Shown here: in pieces, positions 14,909-23,867 of the stretch
Numbering within the stretch: the first letter of the stretch is position 1
How the letters are laid out: each line of letters begins with the position of its first letter
Virus record (IMG/VR): IMGVR_UViG_3300037483_000883
Location: 1-41,648 of that record
Reading direction: 5' to 3' (one strand)
From: a virus
Taxonomy: Duplodnaviria; Caudoviricetes
DNA: 41,648 nt
The notes under the pieces: model-generated
What the model was told of the DNA's origin: nothing
What the model saw: only the letters and a program-made list of their open reading frames with translations
Database searches by the model: none
Program-made: the position numbers and the translations under genes

Positions 14909-15577
14909 CTAGACCGCGTGCTCCGCGCCGCCCCGCCGAACCAGCTCGAAGTGCATCGGATCGAGGAAGGTGTGGTCGTCGGTCCTGCCGTCCTCGTCCC
15001 AGTCCGAGCCCCAGGCGAAGCCGACCGAGGCCATCGCCTCGACGAACGCCTTGGGCACGCCGCGGGGCCAGTCCTTCATGTACTCCGGCGACCACGCCTT
15101 GGGCGCCGGTCGCTTCTTCGTGAAGTACTCGACCTGGTTGGTGCCCGGGTTCTGATCGCCGGCGATACCCCAGCTGTGGTAGCTGAGCGGCCGGCTCTTG
15201 TCGTGGCGCAGGTGCCGGAAGACGTAGCCGCCGAACCGAATGATCACGTACTCGGGCGCGGCGATGTTGGCGCGCCGCAAGCCCTCGCGCCAGTAGGGCT
15301 CGGCCAGGCGGTGGAGCTTCACGTACCACTTCCGCGGGACGCCCGGCAGGTCCCGCACCGTGACGATGTTCTTCTTGACCCACGCCTTGTCGGGCGAGCC
15401 CACGCCCGGGTTGCCGAACATGGCGTAGATCTCGCGGCGGTTCCGCGGCAGGCGATCGAGCGGGCCGTCGAAGGGCTTCCACTCGGTGGCGCGGATGATC
15501 GCCGGCGCCTCGGGCAGCACCAGCGGCGAGGGCCAGAGGCTCTCGCGCAGCGCGACGAACGGCGACAGGAAGCTCAT
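14909..15577 (-). CDS. Endolysin, peptidase M15 family
   Basis: R...LSYHSWGIAGD (SxHxxGxAxD), GF.WG.DW, DPMHFE zinc-peptidase motifs; ATG 15577 overlaps the upstream stop. Confidence 0.92.
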   Translation of the reverse strand: MSFLSPFVALRESLWPSPLVLPEAPAIIRATEWKPFDGPLDRLPRNRREIYAMFGNPGVGSPDKAWVKKNIVTVRDLPGVPRKWYVKLHRLAEPYWREGLRRANIAAPEYVIIRFGGYVFRHLRHDKSRPLSYHSWGIAGDQNPGTNQVEYFTKKRPAPKAWSPEYMKDWPRGVPKAFVEAMASVGFAWGSDWDEDGRTDDHTFLDPMHFELVRRGGAEHAV

Positions 15578-15939
15578 AGCAGCAGGGCCCCCAGGATGAA
15601 CGCCGAGCCGATCGCCGCACCGACCGCGCCCCAGCGCAGCGCCGAGCGCCAGGCCGGCTCGGGGGCTGCGAGCTTCAGCGCGGCGTCGACGGTGCGGGCG
15701 CGCTGGTCGCGCTCGTAGTCGAGGTCCAGCCGGCACACCCGGCACGTCTCCGCGGTCGCCCGGGTGATCACGAAGTGCGAGGCGTCGAAGTCGACCACGC
15801 GCTCGACCTCGGCGGGTGCGCCCTTCTTGGCGACCTTGCACTGGCTGCCCGCGGGGAGCACGAACTCGTCGCCGTGCGCGGTGCCAGCCCAGGCCGCGAG
15901 CGAGAGCCCGACGGCGATCGCCAGGAGGGAGCGCCTCAC
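15574..15939 (-). CDS. Exported protein with C-terminal hydrophobic anchor (spanin-position)
   Basis: Signal peptide ending AHG|D, coiled segment, C-terminal WGAVGAAIGSAFILGALLL; GTG start at 15939. Confidence 0.65.
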   Translation of the reverse strand: MRRSLLAIAVGLSLAAWAGTAHGDEFVLPAGSQCKVAKKGAPAEVERVVDFDASHFVITRATAETCRVCRLDLDYERDQRARTVDAALKLAAPEPAWRSALRWGAVGAAIGSAFILGALLL

Positions 15940-16175
15940 CTGGGCCGCCTCGCTTCGGTGGTGGTGATCGCCTCGAGCAAGTCGTCGTCGCTGAGCTGCT
16001 CGACCTCCTCGACGTGCGCGGTGTGCGCGACCTCGGAGCGGGCGTCGACGGCTTCGAGGGTGGCCTTGGCTGCGGCGCGGTGCGACCGGGCGCCAATCCA
16101 TGCGCCGAGCAGGCCGACGAGTCCGAGGATGAGCAGCGAGACCAGGACGGCGATGAGGATGCCACCGGCGTTCAT
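15936..16175 (-). CDS. Inner-membrane spanin-like (Rz-like) protein
   Basis: N-terminal TM followed by a short helical domain; located in the lysis cassette. Confidence 0.55.
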   Translation of the reverse strand: MNAGGILIAVLVSLLILGLVGLLGAWIGARSHRAAAKATLEAVDARSEVAHTAHVEEVEQLSDDDLLEAITTTEARRPR

Positions 16176-16777
16176 TTCTTCATGAAGCTCGGCGTCGGCG
16201 CAGCGGCGAGATCGGCGTTGGCCTGGGCCTGCGCGTTGCTCGGCTTGAGCACCTCGTGCAGGAAGACGGCGAGCGGCGGCCCGAATCCGTACAAGAGCGC
16301 TTCAGGCCAGCTTGCGCCGCCGGCGAGAAAGGTGGTGCCGCCGGCGATCGCGCCGAGGCCCGCGGCTATCTTGGGCAGCCACGTCTTGGGCCACGAGTCG
16401 TTGAAGCGTCGGATCAGGCCGATGAGGAACCACGTGATCGAGGCCAGCAGGGCGAAGAGGAGTAAGCGTTTCTTGGGACCGGTCGCGCCGCGGTACTCGT
16501 CGAGTGCCTTGCGCGCGGCGGCGAGCTCGACGGCCAGGTCCGTCCCCCGCTCGGGCGCCGGCACGGCGGTTGGCTGAGCGCTCGGCTGAGCGGATGGCTC
16601 GGCGACGCTCGCGGCGTCGTTCACGGGATGGGCGCTTCCGTTCACGGGATCGGCGCTTCCGTTCACGTCGGCCGGCGCGGCCGCGGCGCCAGCCTCGGAT
16701 GGTTGCGCGAGCGAGACGACAGGACTGGCGAGGAAGGCGGCGAGTGCGAGTAAGGCGGCGAGCAGATGCTTGGTCAT
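16172..16777 (-). CDS. Holin-like multi-TM protein with N-terminal signal and repeat linker
   Basis: Hydrophobic N-terminus, VNGSADP repeats, about three C-terminal TM segments; RBS AAGGAG. Confidence 0.6.
   Translation of the reverse strand: MTKHLLAALLALAAFLASPVVSLAQPSEAGAAAAPADVNGSADPVNGSAHPVNDAASVAEPSAQPSAQPTAVPAPERGTDLAVELAAARKALDEYRGATGPKKRLLLFALLASITWFLIGLIRRFNDSWPKTWLPKIAAGLGAIAGGTTFLAGGASWPEALLYGFGPPLAVFLHEVLKPSNAQAQANADLAAAPTPSFMKK
16618..16667 (-). repeat. 21-bp coding tandem repeat (~2.4 copies)
   Basis: cgttcacgggatgggcgcttc / cgttcacgggatcggcgcttc / cgttcacg. Confidence 0.85.
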
Positions 16778-16861
16778 CGGGGTCTCCTTGAGTGGAGCCA
16801 GAAGCCTGCACCGACGATCCGGGGCCGTCGCGTTAGCCCGGGCCGCGAGCCGCTCGGCCGC

Positions 16862-17350
16862 TCACGGGTCTCGTCGTCGCTCCGCGCGCTCGAGCCGGTC
16901 GAGCCGTTTGTCGATTTCGATCGCGGTCGCCTGGGTCGCTGCCAGCCTCGCCGCGATATCCGAGAGCATCGCGCTCTGCTGGTCGAGCTTGCGATCGATG
17001 GCGTGCACGATGCCGCGGTCGGCGTTGTAGGGAGAGTGGTCGAGCACGAGCTGCTTGGCCTCGGCCCTGGTCACGGCGCGCGCCTCGACCAGCTCGACGA
17101 CGTCGGCCCTGGTCGGTTGCCGGGCGACGAACGCCGCCGCGCCCCAGACAGCGCCGGCGACCACCGCGAGCGCCATCGCGACCGGCCACCAGCGGCGCAC
17201 GACGCGCACGACCAGGGCATCCTCGGCCTCGGCGTCCGCGACGGTGGTGGCGCGCGTGGACGGCGTGTCCGCGTTCGTGGTCGCCAGCTCGCCGCGGCTG
17301 CCGTGCGTCGGCAGCGGGACGCCGCGGACCGGGGTGCCGTTGCGACTCAT
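16862..17350 (-). CDS. Single-TM coiled-coil protein (lysis-associated candidate)
   Basis: WWPVAMALAVVAGAVWGAAAFV TM then heptads ending IDKRLDRLE; ATG 17350. Confidence 0.65.
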   Translation of the reverse strand: MSRNGTPVRGVPLPTHGSRGELATTNADTPSTRATTVADAEAEDALVVRVVRRWWPVAMALAVVAGAVWGAAAFVARQPTRADVVELVEARAVTRAEAKQLVLDHSPYNADRGIVHAIDRKLDQQSAMLSDIAARLAATQATAIEIDKRLDRLERAERRRDP

Positions 17351-17733
17351 GGGACCGCCTCGGCGCGGCGCTCGAAGAACGTGATCGCGCCGCGGACGAC
17401 CTGCTCGATGCGCCCGTCCGTGTGCGTGACCCACACGTCGAACGGGTAGACCCCGAGCAGCTCCTCGCTGTCGCCGTTGGTCATCGTGGCGGTCGCCTGT
17501 CCGAGCGTGGACCCGGACTGCGACAGCAAAGCGATTCCGTCGCCGACCGTCTTCGTGAACACGACAGCGCCGGCGCTGTCCTTGAGCGTCCACGTGATCG
17601 CGGCGCCCGTGAGGTCCGCGCGCTCCGTGGATGCGAGCGCCCCGGTGTCCGGATCGTAGGTCCGGTCGTTGACCGTCAGCTTGAACACCAGGGCGGTGCC
17701 GCGAGCGAGCGAGTGGTTGTTGATCGCAGTCAT
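17347..17733 (-). CDS. Ig-like virion protein (BppU N-terminal-like)
   Basis: RG....F.LTV...DLTGA.I.WTLK...Y.FDV.V pattern; TAATG overlap. Confidence 0.6.
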   Translation of the reverse strand: MTAINNHSLARGTALVFKLTVNDRTYDPDTGALASTERADLTGAAITWTLKDSAGAVVFTKTVGDGIALLSQSGSTLGQATATMTNGDSEELLGVYPFDVWVTHTDGRIEQVVRGAITFFERRAEAVP

Positions 17734-19244
17734 TAGTCCCACGCCAAGCTCCGGTCGGACGGCTCGAGCGAGCACGACATCGACGGACTTGCCGTGAGGC
17801 CGCCGACCAGGCTCGCCGACATGGCCAGGGCCCCGCGGAGTCGAGGCCGCGTGATCATGGCGAGGCGGACACCGTTTCCGGCCGCACGACCTACGAAGCC
17901 GTCGGCACCGGTGACGGTGTTGCGCTCGTAGACGCAGCCGCGATGCTGGCCAGCGGTGGTGCCAAGAAACGAGTTGGCCACGATGCGCCCAAGCACCGAG
18001 GTGGCCGTCGCGTTGAGTGCGCGCCTCGTCGAGAGCCCGGGGTCGAAGCTATTGCCCGCAATGCGCAGCGCGGTGAAGGCTGCCCCGCTGATGCGCAGAG
18101 CGCCGGTGTTGCCGATGGTCTTGCCGTAGAACCCGGTCACCGTGTTTGACAGGATCGACAGTCCCTCGGAGAGCGTCTGCGCGTTGATGCTGATTCCGTT
18201 GCCGTTGACGAGGTCGCTCAGGGCCGTCATCTGGTTTCCCTCGATGCGGCTGTTACTCATGCCCTTGGAGACGTAGAGCCCGTTGCGCGTGATCCCGGTG
18301 AGGATGTTCGAGAGGCACGCGATGCCGGTGAAGTAGCCCGCGCTGAACAGGAGCCCGTCCGGGGTGCCGCTACCCGAGGTGCCGGCGATCGTGTTGCCGC
18401 TCACCTCGATGTTCTCGCCGATGTCGCAAACCAGGGCGATGCCGATCTTGCAGTCGGTGATCGTGTTCCCGCGCACCGTGCCGTTTCTTGAGGTGCCGCC
18501 ATCGGTGGTAGCGATCTGAATGCCCGCGAAGCTGTCGACGGTGTTATCCGAGACGGTGTTGTCGTCGATGGTGAACCCGTCCACGTCGACAGCCTTGATG
18601 AGGTCGCGCTCCATGCGCGCGCCCATATTGCCGGTGAACACGAGCCCGTCGACTCCCTTGACGATGCAGGCGTCGGCGTTCACCGAGGGATCGCCAGTGC
18701 CGATGTCGTCCCACTGGTTGCCGGTTACGACGTGCGTCCCGTAGCGCTCGCCATCCTCGGTCGTGTGGTAGTAGCCCTCGTGGTTGGTGTCGTGGGCGTA
18801 GTTGTCGGTGATGGTGACGTTGCTGCACTGCTTGAGCGCTATGGCGGCACCATAGAGCTCGGTCGCCTCGCAGCCGTCAACCGTCAGGCCGTCGATGTCG
18901 ATGCCGCGAATCCCGCAGCGGTAGCCACGACCCTGGCCGAGCGCCCCGTTGTCGAATGAGTCGTTGAACCCGTCCGCCGGTTGGCTCGCTCGCTGGCCGG
19001 TGAACAGTAGGTCGGCGATGCTCACGTCGTCGCCGACCACGTCGAGGATCGGGGTGCCGGTCCCGCTCGCGAGCACCGGCATCAGCAGCGTGCCAGCACC
19101 GCTCAGCTCAGCGCCCGACGGCACTGAGATTCCGACGCACTTGTAGGTCAGCGCATCGAAGACCGCGGTGCCGGTGTTGACCGCGCTCTGGATTGCCGCG
19201 GTGTCGTCGGTGACGCCGTCGCCCACTGCGCCGGGGATGCTCAT
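17733..19244 (-). CDS. Right-handed beta-helix tailspike / depolymerase (pectate-lyase-3-like N-terminus)
   Basis: GAVGDGVTDDTAAIQSA motif and many I.GN / V.GN beta-helix rungs; ATG 19244. Confidence 0.88.
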   Translation of the reverse strand: MSIPGAVGDGVTDDTAAIQSAVNTGTAVFDALTYKCVGISVPSGAELSGAGTLLMPVLASGTGTPILDVVGDDVSIADLLFTGQRASQPADGFNDSFDNGALGQGRGYRCGIRGIDIDGLTVDGCEATELYGAAIALKQCSNVTITDNYAHDTNHEGYYHTTEDGERYGTHVVTGNQWDDIGTGDPSVNADACIVKGVDGLVFTGNMGARMERDLIKAVDVDGFTIDDNTVSDNTVDSFAGIQIATTDGGTSRNGTVRGNTITDCKIGIALVCDIGENIEVSGNTIAGTSGSGTPDGLLFSAGYFTGIACLSNILTGITRNGLYVSKGMSNSRIEGNQMTALSDLVNGNGISINAQTLSEGLSILSNTVTGFYGKTIGNTGALRISGAAFTALRIAGNSFDPGLSTRRALNATATSVLGRIVANSFLGTTAGQHRGCVYERNTVTGADGFVGRAAGNGVRLAMITRPRLRGALAMSASLVGGLTASPSMSCSLEPSDRSLAWD

Positions 19245-20026
19245 ACACTGAACACCGCGAGGGGCCCTCCGACCGCGTCCATCAAGGCCTCTGCGTTTAC
19301 GCCTCTCGCGGCGCCCCACCAGCCGACGTCGACGTCGGGGGGAGACGTGCCGCCCGCCGCGCCTAGGCGACACGGGGCGAGGTCGCCGACCGCGCCGGGG
19401 GTGCCCGCCACCGTCTCCAGCGTTGTCTCGACTCGCACGGCCCCCGCCTCACGGACGTCCCATTGCAGCGAGTACATGCGCACCAGGGCCTCGGTCACGT
19501 AGTCCACGGAGCCGTTCGCCTGCACGGTAGCGACGTTGAGGTTGAGCGTACCGTCGAGGTTGACCCGCAGGAACAACGCGCCGGCCGCTCCCATGATCGC
19601 GAGCTGCCGACCATCTGCGCCGGCGGCGTTGAGCCGCGCAAGGAACAGCAGGACGAAGCTTTCCGTCGCAGGCGTGACGAGGTTGCCGACCGAAACGCGG
19701 TTGTTGGCCACCTCGGGAAGATTGACGAATCCGCGCGCCCATCCGGCGATCGTCTGCTGGTATCCGAGCGTGCCGTTCGCGACCGCGTTGAACGCTGTGT
19801 CAGGCACGGCGACGAGCGGCGACTCGGGGCCCTGCATCGTACAGATCACGTCCAGCGTGCCGCCGATGGCCGTCGACTCCGCGATCGTGGTCGGCAGGTA
19901 GATGCCGTTCTCGCTCGGCGCAAGAGGCGCGGCGGCCGCCACCGCCTCGGGCTCGGTGTACTCGCGCCGAAATCCCTGCAGGTAGGCAGCCGCCGCCTCG
20001 TGCAGGTATTTCGCGGGCGCCCGCAT
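19241..20026 (-). CDS. Putative tail protein, concanavalin/LamG-like beta sandwich
   Basis: Beta-rich pattern (SFVLLFLARLN, LFLRVN.DGTLNL, RLGA); tail-fibre locus. Confidence 0.5.
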   Translation of the reverse strand: MRAPAKYLHEAAAAYLQGFRREYTEPEAVAAAAPLAPSENGIYLPTTIAESTAIGGTLDVICTMQGPESPLVAVPDTAFNAVANGTLGYQQTIAGWARGFVNLPEVANNRVSVGNLVTPATESFVLLFLARLNAAGADGRQLAIMGAAGALFLRVNLDGTLNLNVATVQANGSVDYVTEALVRMYSLQWDVREAGAVRVETTLETVAGTPGAVGDLAPCRLGAAGGTSPPDVDVGWWGAARGVNAEALMDAVGGPLAVFSV

Positions 20027-20410
20027 CTATCGGACCTCGGCTGGCTCCGCGCCGACGACGATGGCCACGGCCGAGGACAGCGTCGCGACCAGGCCGAGCT
20101 TCGTGATGCCAGCGCAGTACAGCACCGGGCGCTCCCACCCGACCGCGGTCAGCAGCGAGACGTCGTCGATGTCGAAGAGCCGCCGCATCTTGGCGCGCTT
20201 CGGCTCGAAGCCGATCACGTACGCGGCGGAGACGTCGACCGCGGCCGCCGGGTCGAGGAAGAGGTAGAAGAGCCCGGTGTCGACCCAGCCGCCGGTCGCG
20301 GTGGTGAGGTCGATCGGCAGGTCGTCCGGGTCCGTGATCGCCGGGAACGACGTGGCCGACGCGCCGAGGACGCGGCGATCGGTGAGGCGCGTGATGTAGC
20401 CGTCGAGCAT
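20027..20410 (-). CDS. Hypothetical tail-region protein
   Basis: GC3 bias, RBS AGGAG, operon position. Confidence 0.7.
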   Translation of the reverse strand: MLDGYITRLTDRRVLGASATSFPAITDPDDLPIDLTTATGGWVDTGLFYLFLDPAAAVDVSAAYVIGFEPKRAKMRRLFDIDDVSLLTAVGWERPVLYCAGITKLGLVATLSSAVAIVVGAEPAEVR

Positions 20411-20420
20411 TTGCGGTCTC

Positions 20421-20918
20421 CTACGGTGCGGGGAAGTCTACCTGGTACTCGACCAGGTAGATGCGGTGGCTAGCAGCGTTGCCCGCCACCAGGATCTGCA
20501 CCTGCAGGCCGGCGACCTTCGTGGTGGTGACCACGTTCGTGAGGACCACGGTCTCGTCGGCGCTGCCGCTCGCGGAGTCGGTCTCGTCGCTGAGTGAGGT
20601 GATCGAGCCAGCGTTGCTGATCGATCGCGCCAGGCTCCGCACATAGGTAGCGGTGTCGCGACAGTGGACGCGCGCGCCTAGGAAGCGCTCGCCCACCCGC
20701 ATCGGGCAGTCGAAGGCGATCGACCCCTGGCCGATCCAGTAGCCACCCGTCGTCACCAGCGACGTATCGCTGATGACGATCGCCGCGCCGGGCCCCGAGG
20801 CTCTCCACTCCGGCCCGTGATACCCGAACCGGATCGCGTCCTGGATCGCGTCGAGGTCCGCGCTCTTGACCGGCACGCCGGCGGCGTAGGTCGTCAATCT
20901 GTCGGTGGGCCACGCCAT
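20421..20918 (-). CDS. Short tail-fibre/adaptor-like protein
   Basis: Follows the gp48-like gene; N-terminal V.SADLDAIQDAI resembles fibre attachment segments. Confidence 0.6.
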   Translation of the reverse strand: MAWPTDRLTTYAAGVPVKSADLDAIQDAIRFGYHGPEWRASGPGAAIVISDTSLVTTGGYWIGQGSIAFDCPMRVGERFLGARVHCRDTATYVRSLARSISNAGSITSLSDETDSASGSADETVVLTNVVTTTKVAGLQVQILVAGNAASHRIYLVEYQVDFPAP

Positions 20919-22768
20919 CAGCTGAGGGGGCCATCGTCACAGAGCCCCGCAGCGTCGTCGCATTCAATGGCCTCGGTCGCCACCGCGCTCGCCTCGGTCT
21001 CCGCCGGCTTGAGCTTCGCGACGATCGCGCGCGCACCCGGCATGTCGGGGCTGCCGGCGAGCGCCGGATCCCGGTAGGCATACCAGTTGAAGACGCGCAG
21101 GCCGTTCGGGAAGAACGCCCGCCAGTCGTCGAAGGTGAAGGTCGCCGCGCCCGGGGTCGCGGCCGCATCGCAGAAGGCGGCGAGGCCCACCCAGAGCGGC
21201 TCGGCGATCCCGGTGATCGCCTCCTCGTTCGAGAGGTCGTCGGGCCCGGTGCCGTTATACCAGAGCGTCCAGTCGGTGCCGCCGTCGTAGCGGAGGCGCA
21301 GCCACTGCGGGACCGCCGGCGCCGCCGCCTCGAGCTCGGTCACCGCGCCGAGTACTCCGCCGGAGAACAGGCGCCAGCCAACCTTCGCGGTGCTCGCCTC
21401 CTGGTAGTAGCCGAGCCAGAGCATGTCGCCGTTGCCAGCCATCGCCACGATCCCGCCGTAGCAGTCGTCGTCGAGCGAGGTGGCGGTCACCTTGACCGTG
21501 ACGTCGGCGCCGAGCGAGTGGTCGACGCCGTCGAGCACGTCCCCGTCGATGCTCATCTCGAGCACGGTCGGCTCGCCGACGTACCACTGGCAGTCGGCCG
21601 CCGCGTCGAGGCTCAGGACGACGGCGCCGGCGGCGATCGCGATCGATCCCTCGTCCGAGCGGCTGCGCCACCAGGCGGCGACCGCCGTCGCGAAGTCGTC
21701 CTCGTGGACGTTGGTGTACTCGAGCAGCTCGACGTCGCCGACGGCCAGGTCGAAGACGCCGGCGAGCGCATCGGCGATCGCCGGCAAGTTGTAGCCCTGG
21801 ACCTTCTGCAGGAAGCCGAGCACGCGCGCGCGCCGGGTCTCGGTCGTGTCGAGCAGCTTCGGGGGCAGGCGCGTGATCCGCTCCCAGTCCTCGAGCAGCG
21901 ACCAGGCCCGCTCCGGGTAGGCGTCCTCGCGAAGCTCCTCGAGCAGCGCGAAGGCGATCGCCAGGGCGTCGCCCTCGACCATGAGCTCGCGCTGGATGAT
22001 CGAGTCCTCGTCGGTCGAGTAGGCCTTGCCCGGCGGCAGGGAGGCGCGGATCGCCTGCGCCGCCATCTGCGCGTGCACGGTCATCCGGCGGTAGATGGCG
22101 CGAACCTCCTCGGCGGTGAGCTCGTGGCTGGTGACCCGGACCTGGTCGAGCGTGACCTTCGCGAAGAGCTCGTGCCCGGCGGCGCCGTCGTCGCGCGCGC
22201 CGACCACCACGAGCTCGGCCGCGTCGCCGTCGATCGCGCCGTCGGTCGAGGTGGCCTCCGAGAGCACGGTCTCGTTGACGTAGTAGCGCACCCGCACGTT
22301 GGTCGGGCTCAGCCAGCGCCGGGTCGCCGTGAGGATGACCGCGCCGGTCACCGGCGCGTAGAAGGATCCTTCGGCGACGGTCGCCTCGGCGGCGCTCGTG
22401 AGCCAGCCCAGGCGAAAGGCAACTCGACGGCTTGCCAGGTCGACCACGCGCCAGCGCAGATGCCAGGCCGAGCGGGTGCCGACGATGACGCCGTCGGTGC
22501 CCTCGGTCGCCTGGGCGTCGAGGTCGAGCTCGAGGATGGCCTGCACCGAGACGTCGCGCCGGAGGAGCGCGGCATCGTCGACGTCGTCGGCCTGCATCGC
22601 GGTGTCGGCCACCGTGGCGAAGTCGCGCGCGAAGCCGGTGAGGCCGAGCACGACTTCGGGCACGGCGGCGCCGGTGATCGTCACCAGGTCGGCGACGTTG
22701 CCGCGCGCATCCGACGGCAGCAGCTCGTCGGACCGCTCCGCGAAGCGGAAGAGGATGACCTCAGCCAA
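20918..22768 (-). CDS. Baseplate wedge protein (Mu gp48/DUF2313-like core) fused to N- and C-terminal lectin-like domains
   Basis: Central LPPGKAY...L.ELREDAYPERAWSLLEDWERITRLP...TRRARVL; N-terminal LamG-like YYVNE...VVGAR...LDQVRV...LTAEEV; C-terminal WLRLRYDG...VGL...FDDW; ends KLKPAET. Confidence 0.75.
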   Translation of the reverse strand: MAEVILFRFAERSDELLPSDARGNVADLVTITGAAVPEVVLGLTGFARDFATVADTAMQADDVDDAALLRRDVSVQAILELDLDAQATEGTDGVIVGTRSAWHLRWRVVDLASRRVAFRLGWLTSAAEATVAEGSFYAPVTGAVILTATRRWLSPTNVRVRYYVNETVLSEATSTDGAIDGDAAELVVVGARDDGAAGHELFAKVTLDQVRVTSHELTAEEVRAIYRRMTVHAQMAAQAIRASLPPGKAYSTDEDSIIQRELMVEGDALAIAFALLEELREDAYPERAWSLLEDWERITRLPPKLLDTTETRRARVLGFLQKVQGYNLPAIADALAGVFDLAVGDVELLEYTNVHEDDFATAVAAWWRSRSDEGSIAIAAGAVVLSLDAAADCQWYVGEPTVLEMSIDGDVLDGVDHSLGADVTVKVTATSLDDDCYGGIVAMAGNGDMLWLGYYQEASTAKVGWRLFSGGVLGAVTELEAAAPAVPQWLRLRYDGGTDWTLWYNGTGPDDLSNEEAITGIAEPLWVGLAAFCDAAATPGAATFTFDDWRAFFPNGLRVFNWYAYRDPALAGSPDMPGARAIVAKLKPAETEASAVATEAIECDDAAGLCDDGPLS

Positions 22769-23867
22769 GGCCGATGCCCCCGGCCGGGATCAGCCCCGCG
22801 GCCGCGGGTGCCGGCGGGAGCGTCACGAGGTTCTCGAGCTCGCGCGTGACGAACACCTTGATCGCGCCCTCGTCGGTCCACGTACCGTACCCGTTGTCGG
22901 GCGTCGTGCCATCCCAGCCGGCGATCGCGTCCTCGCCCACCTGGATATACGCGCCGCCGTCGAAGACGGAGAGGATGGGCGGCGCCGACGCCACGCCGAG
23001 CCAGAGGAACAGCGAGCTCAGCCCGCGCGTGTAGCGCGGATCCGCATAGCCCGACCCAGACCGGCCCACGATCAGCTGGTGGCACTCGGGTAGTCCGCCG
23101 ATGCCGTCGACCGAGGTGGCCAGCGGCACGCCCGCCTGCCCAGGCTCGAACGCCGCGCACTTGCGACCGGTGTACGTCGCGCCACTGTCGGCGCTGAAGT
23201 ACGCCCACGCGCGGCCCGTCGACTCGTTGTTGGCGAGGCCCGCGTCCTGATACCCCGAGCCGGCCCCCGTGGTGCCGGGGGATGCGCAGATCCAGTACGG
23301 GTGAGCGTCGTCGTCGTGCGGGTCGACGAACGGATCGCAGAAGTACTGCAGGTAGCCGGTCGCCGAGCCGACGATCGACAGGTAGGCGAAGTAGAACGCG
23401 TCTGAGTCCTGGTCGACGACGCCGAAAAGCACGCGCGCCTGCGCGCTGATCGCAGTCCGCGAATCGTAGAACAGGTATTCGCCCGTCGGGGCCGCGTCGC
23501 TGCCGCCGCCGAGGATTACGCTCTCGTCCGCCGCGCTCGGCACCTCGGTCGCGGACGGCGTGCCGCCCGTGAAGCCATCGGCTGGCGAGTGCTTGACCCG
23601 GCACTGGTTGGTGCCGCTGAGCGACACGATCTGGATGCACCACTCCTGCCCGGAGGTGCTTTGCAGCACGTACCAGCCGAGGTCGTTGATGTCGGCCTTG
23701 CTCGCGATCTCGTCGCCCTCCGAGTACGTCGTGCCGTCGCTCGAGCGCGGGACCGACCAGCGACCGGAGGCCACCTTCGCCGCCTTGGTGCGGTAGAACA
23801 GATCTGCCGGATCGTCGCGGCTCACTTCGACGACGTCGAGCACGAGCGGGTTGGTGAAGCCGTACAT
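22761..23867 (-). CDS. Hypothetical virion protein between the gp47- and gp48-like genes
   Basis: ATG 23867 with TAATG overlap; Gly/Ser/aromatic-rich beta-type sequence. Confidence 0.75.
   Translation of the reverse strand: MYGFTNPLVLDVVEVSRDDPADLFYRTKAAKVASGRWSVPRSSDGTTYSEGDEIASKADINDLGWYVLQSTSGQEWCIQIVSLSGTNQCRVKHSPADGFTGGTPSATEVPSAADESVILGGGSDAAPTGEYLFYDSRTAISAQARVLFGVVDQDSDAFYFAYLSIVGSATGYLQYFCDPFVDPHDDDAHPYWICASPGTTGAGSGYQDAGLANNESTGRAWAYFSADSGATYTGRKCAAFEPGQAGVPLATSVDGIGGLPECHQLIVGRSGSGYADPRYTRGLSSLFLWLGVASAPPILSVFDGGAYIQVGEDAIAGWDGTTPDNGYGTWTDEGAIKVFVTRELENLVTLPPAPAAAGLIPAGGIGLG

Noticed and set aside
15578-16165. 418-aa version of the endolysin
   Set aside because: The extension is Arg/Ser-rich off-frame sequence overlapping two membrane-protein genes; the real start is ATG 15577.
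17347-22768. Mu-style invertible tail-fibre segment
   Set aside because: No serine invertase, no oppositely oriented fibre genes and no flanking inverted repeats noticed.
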